Assembly: GCA_964497235.1 (NCBI GenBank)
Contig: CAZCCJ010000005.1
Location: 371-64,370 of the forward strand
DNA length: 64,000 nt
Direction: 5' to 3'
Origin: an uncultured Staphylococcaceae bacterium
GTDB lineage: Bacteria; Bacillota_I; Bacilli_A; RFN20; CAG-826
Translations under genes and position numbers: made by a program
Notes under the pieces: model-generated
The model's database searches: none
Told to the model about the DNA's origin: nothing
What the model saw: the letters and a program-made list of their open reading frames with translations, nothing else
In this document: positions 24,470 to 34,342 of the stretch, in pieces
Layout of the letters: every line of letters begins with the position of its first letter
Numbering within the stretch: the stretch's first letter is position 1

Positions 24470-27085
24470 ATGAAAAAGCCATTATTGCTCTTGCTTAGCG
24501 CCACTTTCTTGACCGCATTCCTCTCTTCATGCATATCGGCCACGACATACGACGTCACTTTCAAAAATGGTGAAGGATACACGATCGTAGGAAATGCTAA
24601 AGCGACGGAAGGAGAAAACTATTCTTTTACGGTTTCTCTTAGCGAAGGCTACGAAGCCACCTCGTCTTTCCTCGTTCAGGCAAATGGGGAAACGGTCAAT
24701 TTGAGCGGGAACAAATACGTCGTTTCCAACGTGACGAAAAATATTGAAATAACCGTTTCAGGCGTTGATAAAATCACCTATAACATTAGTTTCGTTGAAG
24801 CCAAGGGAATCAAGTTCGAAGGTGAGAAAACGGTCAAATACGGCGAAACGTATTCATTTAAGGCGAACGTTTCGGAGGGATATGATGATTCTTCCATTTC
24901 GATTTTCTACAAGATGGGAGATGCGTCGACGGTCTCGCTCACGCCGGAAATCGGCGGGCTTTATGGCATATCGAACGTCAAAGGCAACCTAATGATTTCG
25001 GCGAATGATTTGAATCTCGAAAGCTATGACGTGACGGCTCCTGAAGATAGCGATAAGTACCAATTTTCCGGCCCCGCCAAAGTCGAATATGGTAGCGACT
25101 ATCGCTTCAGCGTGACGGCGAAAGAGGGGTATGAGTTCTCTAGCATCATCGCCTACGAAGACGAAAAGAACATCTTAACGGCAGAAAGCCTAGGGGATGA
25201 CCAATATAAATTCTCGAGCGTCAAAGGATCACTTAGAATCGTCGTTCAAGGAGTGGGCGTCAAGAATTTCGTCGTCAATAAAGACTTCGATTCATCGCAT
25301 TACACGTTCAAAGGAGCCGATAAAGCCGTTTATGGTGAGGATTACGTCTTCGAACTCTCATTAAAGGGTGGATATTCGAAAGGAAGCAATTACAACTTCT
25401 TGGTGAATGATGCCGATCCAATCGAGCTTTCAAGCGGCAAATACGTCATCCATGACGTCAAATCAACGCCGCATATCGAGGCTTTTGGGGAAGAGATCAT
25501 TCTTTTGAACGTCTCTTTCTCTTGCAACATGTCTTCGGCTCTTAAAAACGCTGAAGACAAAGTGCCTTATTTCCAAAACGAATATCGTTTCAATGTCGAG
25601 CTCGATGATAAATATAGCAACTCAAGTGATTCGATGCTCGTCTATTCGTTGATCGATGGCGTCAAAACGAAGCTCACGAAAAACTCCGATGGAAGCTATT
25701 CGGTCAGCAATCCACACAAGGATTTTGAAATCGTGGTGGAAGGGGTTGATCTCAATAGTTACACCGTCCGTTTCTATAATGGCGATAACAAAGTCTACGA
25801 AGCGAAGGTTTATGACGGCTCCTCGCTTAGCGACGAGCAGCTTTCCGCCGCAAAGACCGCTTACGAAGCGACCTTAGGAGAGAACGAGAAGTTCGACGAT
25901 TGGGAAGAGGATATCTCTTCGATTTCGGGCAATATGAGTGTCCATGGCATAACTATGAAAGCCGTAAGCACCGCCTCCGAATTGGCGGCCATGAGCGATA
26001 CCGGATCATATTATCTAAGCGATGATATAAAAATCTCTTCGCCTTTGAATATTTCTTCCTTCTCTGGCCGCTTAAACGGCTTGGGCCATCGGGTCTATTC
26101 TCTTTCGGATAGCGGCAAGCTCCTTTATAGCGCTGATAACGACATGGGCGTCTTGTTTAAGAATTTCTCCGGAACCCTTAGGAACGTTGAAATAGAGGTT
26201 GGCATCTGCGATTATTCGACTGGCTTATCCGGAATCGCCGATGTCATGGATGCCGGCTTGATCGAAAACGTAATAGTTCGCGCCACATATAAGTCTCAGC
26301 TTTACGTTCCTTCTGGAGCAATGGTGGGAACGCTAAATGGCGGCATCATTAAGGACTCGGCCGTTTATTTCGTGGCCGCAAGTTATGACAATTCGCTTGA
26401 AGAATCCTATAGAAATTGCATTTATCCTTTGGCTGGTTCGATCGTCGGCGGATGTTTCGAGCATGTCACGACGTATGTGCCAGGCGATGTCGATATCTCG
26501 TCGCTAGCGTTAGCGAAAGACGGCGTTTCAACCGATACCGTTCGTTCTTGTTCGATCGTGAAACATGAGTCGAAGAAACTCGACAGCGCGCTCCTTTCCT
26601 TTGGGGCGATTAACGACACGTATTTAGGAATGCCATTGTCCGAAGGAAGCTTCACTGGCGGCTATGGCACAGAATTATTCGCCGCCCTGAATCTATATGA
26701 CGCCAAAATCGATATGATTTCCTTCTTCGTCAAAGCCAAGGAATACCATTATTCATCCACTGAGGACCGATTCACGTTCGGCCTTGACGGTGGTAACGAA
26801 CTAAATCTCACGACGTGCGTCAATGGGGGCAAAACCCATGAGATGTGGAACTATTTCGAACTTCGCCAGATTGGCGATTATAAATATCGCCTATCGATCA
26901 TAGCTTTCGTGGATAGCTCTACCGCCGCCGATTTCGGCAATAATGTGTTCGTGAGCAGCTATATCAAGGAAGTGACGATCAATGAAGGCGATACCCTCCA
27001 ATCCGTAATGGGCAAATTCTATTCGTGGGGTCCTGATTCTACCGTCACCCTTCAATCGACTCCGTTATATCTAAGCGAAAAATAA
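24470..27085 (+). CDS. Lipoprotein (871 aa): five tandem InlB-B-like repeats, a Listeria-Bacteroides-type repeat, a GLUG-like module and a conserved C-terminal domain
   Basis: Lipobox LSSC. Five repeats of about 80 aa, each with ...Y-x-F-x-(V/A)-x-(L/A)-x-x-G-Y.... FSGRLNGLGHRVYSL. C-terminus paralogous to the 12745 protein. Confidence 0.7.
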   Translation: MKKPLLLLLSATFLTAFLSSCISATTYDVTFKNGEGYTIVGNAKATEGENYSFTVSLSEGYEATSSFLVQANGETVNLSGNKYVVSNVTKNIEITVSGVDKITYNISFVEAKGIKFEGEKTVKYGETYSFKANVSEGYDDSSISIFYKMGDASTVSLTPEIGGLYGISNVKGNLMISANDLNLESYDVTAPEDSDKYQFSGPAKVEYGSDYRFSVTAKEGYEFSSIIAYEDEKNILTAESLGDDQYKFSSVKGSLRIVVQGVGVKNFVVNKDFDSSHYTFKGADKAVYGEDYVFELSLKGGYSKGSNYNFLVNDADPIELSSGKYVIHDVKSTPHIEAFGEEIILLNVSFSCNMSSALKNAEDKVPYFQNEYRFNVELDDKYSNSSDSMLVYSLIDGVKTKLTKNSDGSYSVSNPHKDFEIVVEGVDLNSYTVRFYNGDNKVYEAKVYDGSSLSDEQLSAAKTAYEATLGENEKFDDWEEDISSISGNMSVHGITMKAVSTASELAAMSDTGSYYLSDDIKISSPLNISSFSGRLNGLGHRVYSLSDSGKLLYSADNDMGVLFKNFSGTLRNVEIEVGICDYSTGLSGIADVMDAGLIENVIVRATYKSQLYVPSGAMVGTLNGGIIKDSAVYFVAASYDNSLEESYRNCIYPLAGSIVGGCFEHVTTYVPGDVDISSLALAKDGVSTDTVRSCSIVKHESKKLDSALLSFGAINDTYLGMPLSEGSFTGGYGTELFAALNLYDAKIDMISFFVKAKEYHYSSTEDRFTFGLDGGNELNLTTCVNGGKTHEMWNYFELRQIGDYKYRLSIIAFVDSSTAADFGNNVFVSSYIKEVTINEGDTLQSVMGKFYSWGPDSTVTLQSTPLYLSEK

Positions 27086-27096
27086 GGGGGTTTTGC

Positions 27097-28701
27097 ATGG
27101 ATATTCATAAAATTGTCGATGGGCTTTCCGATGAAGAATTAATCGGGCAGCTCCTTTGCTATGACGTCTATGGCAAGGATGATTTTGAGAAAAACGAGAA
27201 GATATTCAAACATATTCATCCTGGCGCCTTCTTTTTCAAAGGAATGACGGTGGAGCAAATAAAGAAATATAAGGAAACGGCCGAGAAATATGCGCCGCTT
27301 CCGGTTCTAGTTGCTTCTGACGTCGAAGAGGGGCCGGGCTCGATGATCATAGGAGAGCCGACTTTGACGCAAGAGATGGCGTGGGGCGCTGCGAATGATC
27401 CAGATTTGGTCTATGAAGCTGGGGTTGCGATTGGCGAAAGATGTCGCGAATGCGGAATGAATTACAATTTCTCGCCGATTGTCGACCTTTCGTTGAATTT
27501 TGAGTCTCCGACTGTCAATGTCAGGGCGATTAGCGATGATCCAGACGCCGTGATACGCTTAGCGAGCGCTTATGTCAAAGGACTACAGAAAAACGGCAAC
27601 ATGGCGGCAACCATCAAGCATTTTCCTGGCGAAGGCGTGGATTCGAGAAACTCGCACTTCTTAACGACCATCAATCATATGAGCCAAGAAGAATGGATGG
27701 CGAGCTATGGCAAGGTCTATAAAGCCTTGATCGAAGCCGGTTCCTGTAGCGTGATGGTAGGCCATTCATCTCTTCCTTGCTTCGAAGACGAAATCGACCC
27801 GATCTTTGGGCCCAAACCCGCTTGCCAATCGTATAATCTCATTACGAAGCTATTGAAGGGGAAACTCGGTTTCGATGGCGTCGTTGTAAGCGATTCGATG
27901 GCGATGATAGGGGTGGCGGCGAGAGTTGAAAAGACGGAAGACATCGCCATCAATTTCATCAACGCCGGTGGGGATATGGTTCTTTTTCCAGAACCAAATG
28001 ATTTCGACACTTTGCTTTCGGCCCTTCATGATGGCCGAATAAAAAGAGAAAGGGTGATCGATGCCGTCACGCGGATTTTGCGCATGAAGGAAAAACTCCA
28101 TTTGCTCGACAAAGGATTCGTCGTCAAAAAAGAATCAACGAGAAAGATCGAGGAAATCGGGGAGGACATCGCCTCCAAAGCCATCAAAATCGTGAGAAAC
28201 GTCCAAAATGTATTGCCTTTGAATCTTAATAAGGGACAAAAAGTGCTGATGCTCGACGTTTTTGAGCCGTATTTCCATAGGAATCCGGAAGGCGATGAGC
28301 TAAAGGCGTTCAAAGATACGCTTGAATCGTATGGCTTAGAAGTGGATGAGATATTCAATATCGACTATCTCGACGTCGAAAAGATAATAGACAAATACGA
28401 TGCCGTGATCGCTTGCTCGAAGATAAGCTCAAACGATTACCATGGCGGCACAATGAGAGTCGGATGGTATAACATAATGACCTTCTGGCGAGGCTATGTC
28501 CTGAGGCATCCGAAATTCGTCTTCATATCCTTTGGAGATCCGTACAAACTCTACGATTTCCCATATTTGAAGACGTATGTCAACGCTTTCTCTAGCACCT
28601 ATCCAAGCCAAGTTGCGGCCGCGAAAGCGGTCCTAGGCAAGATAAAATGCCAAGGGAAGAACCCGGTCTCCTTCCATCCGTATTTCGAAAGGGAGATATA
28701 A
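27097..28701 (+). CDS. GH3-family glycosidase (beta-hexosaminidase/glucosidase-like), cytoplasmic
   Basis: KHFPGEGVDSRNSH and GFDGVVVSDSMAM (Asp nucleophile context) are GH3 N-domain hallmarks. No signal peptide. Confidence 0.85.
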   Translation: MDIHKIVDGLSDEELIGQLLCYDVYGKDDFEKNEKIFKHIHPGAFFFKGMTVEQIKKYKETAEKYAPLPVLVASDVEEGPGSMIIGEPTLTQEMAWGAANDPDLVYEAGVAIGERCRECGMNYNFSPIVDLSLNFESPTVNVRAISDDPDAVIRLASAYVKGLQKNGNMAATIKHFPGEGVDSRNSHFLTTINHMSQEEWMASYGKVYKALIEAGSCSVMVGHSSLPCFEDEIDPIFGPKPACQSYNLITKLLKGKLGFDGVVVSDSMAMIGVAARVEKTEDIAINFINAGGDMVLFPEPNDFDTLLSALHDGRIKRERVIDAVTRILRMKEKLHLLDKGFVVKKESTRKIEEIGEDIASKAIKIVRNVQNVLPLNLNKGQKVLMLDVFEPYFHRNPEGDELKAFKDTLESYGLEVDEIFNIDYLDVEKIIDKYDAVIACSKISSNDYHGGTMRVGWYNIMTFWRGYVLRHPKFVFISFGDPYKLYDFPYLKTYVNAFSSTYPSQVAAAKAVLGKIKCQGKNPVSFHPYFEREI

Positions 28702-28702
28702 A

Positions 28703-29557
28703 ATGGCGAAAGGGGTGCTCCTAAAAGAAAAGGACGCGTTCAACATGTCCTATGTCCTTTTCACTTCCTTCGGGGGCGCCATCGTGATAGACGGTGGGAG
28801 AAGAGAGGATATGCCGTTGCTCAAGGAAGTGGTCAAAGACGCTCCCATCAAAGCCTGGATTCTTACCCATCCGCATGACGATCATATCGACGGATTCGTT
28901 TCGCTATACGAGGGGAATGATGTTCCTTTCGATATCGAGAGAGTCATTTTCAATTTCCCCGATTACGATTCGTTGATGAAGGTCGAAAACCCTCCAGACC
29001 CCGATTATTTCCATCGCGAATTGAATGAGATGTTGCCGCGTTTCAATTCGATTAAGTGGCGTTTTGCGGAGAAAACGACGATTTTGAAACAAGGAGATTG
29101 TTTCAATATAGACGATTTGCATTTCGAGTGCCTATATTCCATTCACGAGGGTCTATATGACAATCTCGATAACGATTCCAGCTTGGTAATCAAGGTCAGA
29201 GGGCCTAAGAAGGATATTCTATTCCTAGGCGATTTAGGGCCCATCGGCGGCGATTACCTTCTTTTCGAAAACGGCGACAGACTCCATTCCTATTATTGCC
29301 AGATGGCGCACCATGGGCATATGGGCGTTTCATTTGAGGCGTATAGGAAAATCCAGCCGACCATCGCCTTATGGAATGCGCCGAAATGGCTTTACGACGA
29401 GGAAGAGAAGCCAGCTTATCTAAAAGACAAGGGGTATTTGGTTCTTGAGTCGCGTCTAAGGATGCATGGCGAAAAAGTCACGAGAGAGTGGATGGAATTG
29501 CTTGGCGTAAAGGAAAACCACGTCTCATATCAAGGCAATTACGAATTCGAACTATAG
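28703..29557 (+). CDS. Metallo-beta-lactamase (MBL) fold hydrolase
   Basis: THPHDDHIDG (H-x-H-x-D-H) plus a downstream MAHHGH. Last gene of the locus A operon. Confidence 0.8.
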   Translation: MAKGVLLKEKDAFNMSYVLFTSFGGAIVIDGGRREDMPLLKEVVKDAPIKAWILTHPHDDHIDGFVSLYEGNDVPFDIERVIFNFPDYDSLMKVENPPDPDYFHRELNEMLPRFNSIKWRFAEKTTILKQGDCFNIDDLHFECLYSIHEGLYDNLDNDSSLVIKVRGPKKDILFLGDLGPIGGDYLLFENGDRLHSYYCQMAHHGHMGVSFEAYRKIQPTIALWNAPKWLYDEEEKPAYLKDKGYLVLESRLRMHGEKVTREWMELLGVKENHVSYQGNYEFEL

Positions 29558-29569
29558 GCAAGCGCCGGC

Positions 29570-30469
29570 TTAGCCTTTGATACCGCCTTCTTCGATGTTC
29601 CCCATGATTTTGTTTTTGAAGATGAGGAAGATGATGAGGATTGGAACGAAAACGACGATGCCCGATGCGATTTTGAACGGCGTTTCGGCGATTTCCGTTT
29701 CCACGTTGAGAATGGCATATAAGCCAAGGGCGGCCGTCGGATCGGAAGGCAAATAAACGTATGGAACCTGATAATCGTTCCAATAGTTGATGAATAGCAG
29801 CAGGCAGACGGTTCCCAATAGAGGCGTCACGATCGGCAGCATTATTCTCGTGAAGATCTTAAAATGCCCGGCGCCCTCCACTAAAGCGGATTCCGTATAG
29901 TCTTTCGGGATTTTGCTGAAAGCGGCATAGAATATGAGGTAATAGATATTCGCATAGCCAAACTTCAAGACATACATCCCAAGCATCGTGTCGTATAGAT
30001 GGAGAGCCCTGAGGACCTGAATCATCGACGACATGTTTCCGACGATTGGCAGAATCAAGGTGACAATCACCGAATAATGGACGATTTTGGATAACAGGCA
30101 TTTGTATTTCGACGTCAAATAGGCGACTGTCGCGGTTACTAACGTTTGGATGATCGCGCAACCGCCGGCATAAAGGATGGAGTAAAGGAACATTTGCTCG
30201 ATATATACGTATTTGCCGACGCCGTTTTTGGTGACCCAAACCCTTAGATGCGTGAAGACGCTGGAATAGCTGTTGAGGCTGAAATCATTGAACCAACCGG
30301 CTGGATCGAGGTTAAAGGCCCGCTGCGACTTGAAAGACGACATGAGAGCCCATAAAAGCAAATAGAAGAGAAAAATGGTATAAAGAGAAAGCAAAATGAA
30401 GACCAAGACGTCAAAGACGGTTGGCTTTTTGCGTTTTTTCGGAAATAGATTCGCGTTTCTGGCAAACAT
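29570..30469 (-). CDS. Carbohydrate ABC transporter permease (LplC/MalG-like)
   Basis: Six TM helices. The EAA-loop region reads ESALVEGAGHFKIFTRIMLPI. ATG 30469 follows GAGGA; the track start at 30481 is a GTG. Confidence 0.9.
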   Translation of the reverse strand: MFARNANLFPKKRKKPTVFDVLVFILLSLYTIFLFYLLLWALMSSFKSQRAFNLDPAGWFNDFSLNSYSSVFTHLRVWVTKNGVGKYVYIEQMFLYSILYAGGCAIIQTLVTATVAYLTSKYKCLLSKIVHYSVIVTLILPIVGNMSSMIQVLRALHLYDTMLGMYVLKFGYANIYYLIFYAAFSKIPKDYTESALVEGAGHFKIFTRIMLPIVTPLLGTVCLLLFINYWNDYQVPYVYLPSDPTAALGLYAILNVETEIAETPFKIASGIVVFVPILIIFLIFKNKIMGNIEEGGIKG

Positions 30470-30470
30470 A

Positions 30471-31424
30471 TCAATCCTCACTCGGTCCGAATTTGTTGAG
30501 CAAATAGCGAGATATAAACGTTAGAGGCGCAATTATCAAAGTCAAAATGACGCCGTAAGCGCTGGCGATAGGATAGGAGACGGGGTTTTCCTGCCCGCTT
30601 GAGATGACGAGCATGAATTGGTAGTAACCCAAAGTCTGCATCTCGCTTGGGGCGTTGCCGGCGTAGAAGGAGAACAAAAAGGCTTGGTTAGATGCCGTGC
30701 CGGCAATCGAGATGATGAATAGGGAGACGATCGTTTTGTAGCAGCCGGGCAGAATTATATGCCAGAAGATTTCGAATTCGCTTGCGCCGTCGATTTTGGC
30801 GGCCTCAATCAAAGACGTCTGAATGCTCGACATGGCGTTCAAATACAGCAATATCGAACTTGAGATATTGATCCATACGCAGAAAAAGATGAGCGCAAGC
30901 ATGGAAAAAACATCGCCGTTCCCCATAATCGTATTGATCGGATCGCCGGAACTCATGGCGTTGATGATCTCCGGAATCACGCGTTCGACGAAGGATTGGT
31001 AGAAGATGACGAAGACCATCGAGCAAACGATGCTAGGAAGGAAGAGCATCACCTTGAAGAAACCAGCCATGAAAGATTTTTTATAGATGTAATAGGCGAA
31101 AAGCAAAGTCAGCGGCATAACGATCAAAACGTCGACCAAAAAGAAGATGAAGGTATTTTTAATGAGGTTTTGGATTGTATGACCTGGATCGGTTGTGAAG
31201 ATCTTCCATATTTCGGCAAAATTGTCGAGTCCGACCCACGTTCTCACTTCAACACCGCCGAAATTTGAATATTTTTGGAATGCCAAGAGAATGGAGTTGA
31301 AGTTGACGAAGATATAGAAGATGGCGAATTGAAGGACCGGCAAGAAAATCATCAAGCCATAGAAAATCTTCCCATTGCGGTTAAACCAGCCGACATGTGA
31401 GGATTTGAGGCTTCTGGAAAACAT
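30471..31424 (-). CDS. Carbohydrate ABC transporter permease (LplB/MalF-like)
   Basis: EAAKIDGASEFEIFWHIILP EAA loop. The LplB-like N-terminus reads LPVLQFAIFYIFVNFNSILLAFQKY. Confidence 0.9.
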   Translation of the reverse strand: MFSRSLKSSHVGWFNRNGKIFYGLMIFLPVLQFAIFYIFVNFNSILLAFQKYSNFGGVEVRTWVGLDNFAEIWKIFTTDPGHTIQNLIKNTFIFFLVDVLIVMPLTLLFAYYIYKKSFMAGFFKVMLFLPSIVCSMVFVIFYQSFVERVIPEIINAMSSGDPINTIMGNGDVFSMLALIFFCVWINISSSILLYLNAMSSIQTSLIEAAKIDGASEFEIFWHIILPGCYKTIVSLFIISIAGTASNQAFLFSFYAGNAPSEMQTLGYYQFMLVISSGQENPVSYPIASAYGVILTLIIAPLTFISRYLLNKFGPSED

Positions 31425-31444
31425 ACGTTCTCTTTCGAAATGAA

Positions 31445-33187
31445 TTAAGCGGACCAGCTAACGTCGTAGTATTTGTTGATTTTCGCGAATAAATCGACGC
31501 CATCGCTGGCTTTTCCTTTGATGAGGATATCGAAGGGGTTGTCGTTGCTCGCATCGATCGAGAATCCCCATTTGCGGTATCCCAAAGCGCTTGTTTTGGT
31601 GGCTGCGCTTTCGGTGAGAGGACGCCAATCGAGATGCTTGGTGTTCGGATCGTGGAAGAATTTGTTGACGCGATTGCCATAATAAGTCATTTCCGATAGG
31701 GTTTCATCGGTCAATTCGTAATCCATTAAGCGGACCATGTCGGTGTAGCGAGAGAAGGTGTTCATCGAACGGTCGCTATTCAAATAAGCGGCGAAGGTTT
31801 TGGCCGCTTCGACGCGGTTCGACGGCGTTTTGGCGTTGATGAATATTGAGGAATCGCGATCGCAAAGAGAGACGTTCGGAGAGCCGATTTGGGCGGCGGT
31901 GGCGTGAGGAATCGGCATGATGCCGAACTTTTTGGTCATCTTGTCATTCCCTTTATAAAAACCGGTCGCTTCGCTATTCCACCAAGTCCCTTCGACTAAC
32001 ATCCCAATCGGGCTATTGTCGACCAATTCAAGATCGTCCATGCCGTTGACGAAACATTCCTGGGCGTCCGTATGCATAAAGGATGAGGTCATGCCTTTAC
32101 CGAGGTAATGGTCTTTGTCACATGTGATGGCGTCGACGAATTCGCAGGCGTCTAGCAATCCTTTCTGTCGGTGGGTTTTGCCGACGGTGGCGGAGTTCAC
32201 CTCGAGATTGCTACCGTAGATATAGTTCCCATCGCTATCTTTTTTCGGATGGTAATCGTTATCCAAATCGAGGATTTTGGTACTCGTTCCCGAGAATGTC
32301 AGGATGTTTTTCATCTCCTCATATCCGGTCGAACGGACCCAAGCGCTTAAGGCCAATGAGGTGAGGTATCCTGTTTCGTATCCATTCCAAGCGATGGGGG
32401 TGACGCCGTCGCTTGACATATAGGTCAATAAAGCACGGAAATCCGCAAGGGTGGCTGGAAGTCCATCGTCCCAGGAGTAGTCAACACCGTCGATCGTCCC
32501 GGTTTTGCCGTCTGGCCCAAGCGACTTCTCCTCATCTAATGAAGTGACGAAGAGGTCAGATACCTTTTCATAGGAATTAAGGTCGTCTTCGCTCCAGCCC
32601 TCGGCCGTTTGGTCTTTGGCGAAGTAATAGCATCTATCGTCGAAGAGATCGACGTTATAATTGATCGAGCAGGCGTTCTCGTAGAATGGAATGCCGTAAT
32701 AACGAGGGCTCGTGTCCGTGCCAAGGTTATAGAAATCGCGGGAATCGGCGTACATCTTCGATTCGATCGTCATCTCTTCCTTTTCGGTGGCGTTAATCGG
32801 AGCTTTGCTCGTCACGACGTCGGTGATGTCCATCAAAGTGTTCTTTGAGACGAAATTCAAATAATCGACGCCCTCCATGATATAGACGTTATATTGGTTT
32901 GACGGCAACGCATCGGCGGTGATCGGAAGTTTTTCGAATTCCTTCATGATCTGGACGCCGACTTTTCCGGTTTCAAACGAATAATCGGCATAATCTTTTT
33001 CGAAATTGCTGCAGATTTCGTCGATCCATTCGCGTCTTAAGCCGCCATTATAGTATTTGACGTATAACTGAGTTTTCGTCGAATCGATCGATTGCTGGGC
33101 GTCGTCTTCTCTGCCGCATCCGGCTAAAACGCCGCAGATGGCGGCCGCCGAAAAGGCGATTAAGAGTTTTTTCTTTGCCTTGGACAT
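31445..33187 (-). CDS. Large extracellular solute-binding lipoprotein (LplA-like) of the locus A importer
   Basis: Lipobox LAGC. 580 aa. Paralogous to the 42816 solute-binding protein. AGGAGG ribosome-binding site. Confidence 0.85.
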   Translation of the reverse strand: MSKAKKKLLIAFSAAAICGVLAGCGREDDAQQSIDSTKTQLYVKYYNGGLRREWIDEICSNFEKDYADYSFETGKVGVQIMKEFEKLPITADALPSNQYNVYIMEGVDYLNFVSKNTLMDITDVVTSKAPINATEKEEMTIESKMYADSRDFYNLGTDTSPRYYGIPFYENACSINYNVDLFDDRCYYFAKDQTAEGWSEDDLNSYEKVSDLFVTSLDEEKSLGPDGKTGTIDGVDYSWDDGLPATLADFRALLTYMSSDGVTPIAWNGYETGYLTSLALSAWVRSTGYEEMKNILTFSGTSTKILDLDNDYHPKKDSDGNYIYGSNLEVNSATVGKTHRQKGLLDACEFVDAITCDKDHYLGKGMTSSFMHTDAQECFVNGMDDLELVDNSPIGMLVEGTWWNSEATGFYKGNDKMTKKFGIMPIPHATAAQIGSPNVSLCDRDSSIFINAKTPSNRVEAAKTFAAYLNSDRSMNTFSRYTDMVRLMDYELTDETLSEMTYYGNRVNKFFHDPNTKHLDWRPLTESAATKTSALGYRKWGFSIDASNDNPFDILIKGKASDGVDLFAKINKYYDVSWSA

Positions 33188-33224
33188 GTTTTTCCTCCTG
33201 ATGCAAACGCATCACCGCTACTTT

Positions 33225-33238
33225 TGGTAGCGCTTACA
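33225..33238 (-). promoter_or_regulatory. cre-like operator upstream of the locus A importer operon
   Basis: The minus-strand reading TGTAAGCGCTACCA fits WTGNAANCGNWNNCW. It lies about 26 nt upstream of the solute-binding protein's ribosome-binding site. Confidence 0.4.
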
Positions 33239-33554
33239 ACATCGCAATATTATTCTAATTGCGACGCTATTCCTATAGTATGCGTTATTGTTGCTAACTT
33301 TGGTGATTTTGTTGCATCGGCTAAAAAGATTAAATTCATTATGAAACTTAATAAATTCGATAATCATCGGCTTTTTATGACGCATATCGTCGTTATCTAA
33401 AAACAAAGAAGAGATTGCGCTTTTGAAACAAAACGAGAATTGCTTTCGAAAATATTGAAAGCGGAAGCGGAATCATAAAGGCTAGTCCGCTTAATGGGCG
33501 TTGGCGCTTTAGGATTGTGGCGGTTTCCTTTCTCTTAACTTATAATGTTCCCAC

Positions 33555-33631
33555 GCCCCGATAGCGCAACTGGATAGAGTATCAGACTTCGAATCTGAGG
33601 GTTACGGGTTCGACTCCTGTTCGGGGCGCCA
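33555..33631 (+). tRNA. tRNA-Arg (anticodon UCG)
   Basis: Hand-folded: acceptor GCCCCGA/TCGGGGC, anticodon arm TCAGA-CTTCGAA-TCTGA, T-loop TTCGACT, encoded CCA. Confidence 0.85.
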
Positions 33632-33778
33632 ATTGCATCCTTAATATCTTCATAAAGAGAAGTCGATTGCATAAATAAGAAACATTTTTTGATACATGTG
33701 TTTTTTATTCTTGAGAGATGTTACACGATGTATTAATATGTTTCATATAAGCTTCAAATAAGCGAAAAAGGAGAGAAA

Positions 33779-34321
33779 ATGAAACAGAAGAACATCCCTT
33801 TGCAAATAACCAACGCATTATTGGAACTCATGAAAACGATGGATTACGATTCTATTTCCATCACCGACATCGTTGCCAAAGCAGGCGTGAGCCGCGTCAC
33901 GTATTACCGCCATTTCAAGAGCAAAGAGGACATCTTGATCCGTTACTTCGTGATGGCCAAAGACCGTTTCATGAAGCAAACGATAATCGATGGGGCTCCA
34001 GTGAGCAATGATGTCATAATCCTAAGCCTATTCGTTTATTTCAAAGCGAACATGGAAGTCAATAAAGCGCTAAGAAGGGCTCATCTCGATAATGAGCTAT
34101 TGAAATTCCTCTCTTCCGAATTCTTGGACAATCTGCCCGTCAAACTCGACAAATACGTGGCTTATTTCATCGCCGGCGCCCTTTATAACGTCTTGATAAA
34201 CTGGCTTGACAACGATTGCTCGGATTCAATCGACGATGTTTCGAAGCCTTTCATGTATCTTCAAAAAGCGATGGAGGTCATCATGAAAGACCGTTTATCC
34301 GAGATGTCCAACAAACGATAA
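33779..34321 (+). CDS. TetR/AcrR-family transcriptional regulator
   Basis: N-terminal HTH ISITDIVAKAGVSRVTYYRHFKSKEDIL. 180 aa. Confidence 0.85.
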   Translation: MKQKNIPLQITNALLELMKTMDYDSISITDIVAKAGVSRVTYYRHFKSKEDILIRYFVMAKDRFMKQTIIDGAPVSNDVIILSLFVYFKANMEVNKALRRAHLDNELLKFLSSEFLDNLPVKLDKYVAYFIAGALYNVLINWLDNDCSDSIDDVSKPFMYLQKAMEVIMKDRLSEMSNKR

Positions 34322-34342
34322 TCTCCGAAAAACATACAAAAT

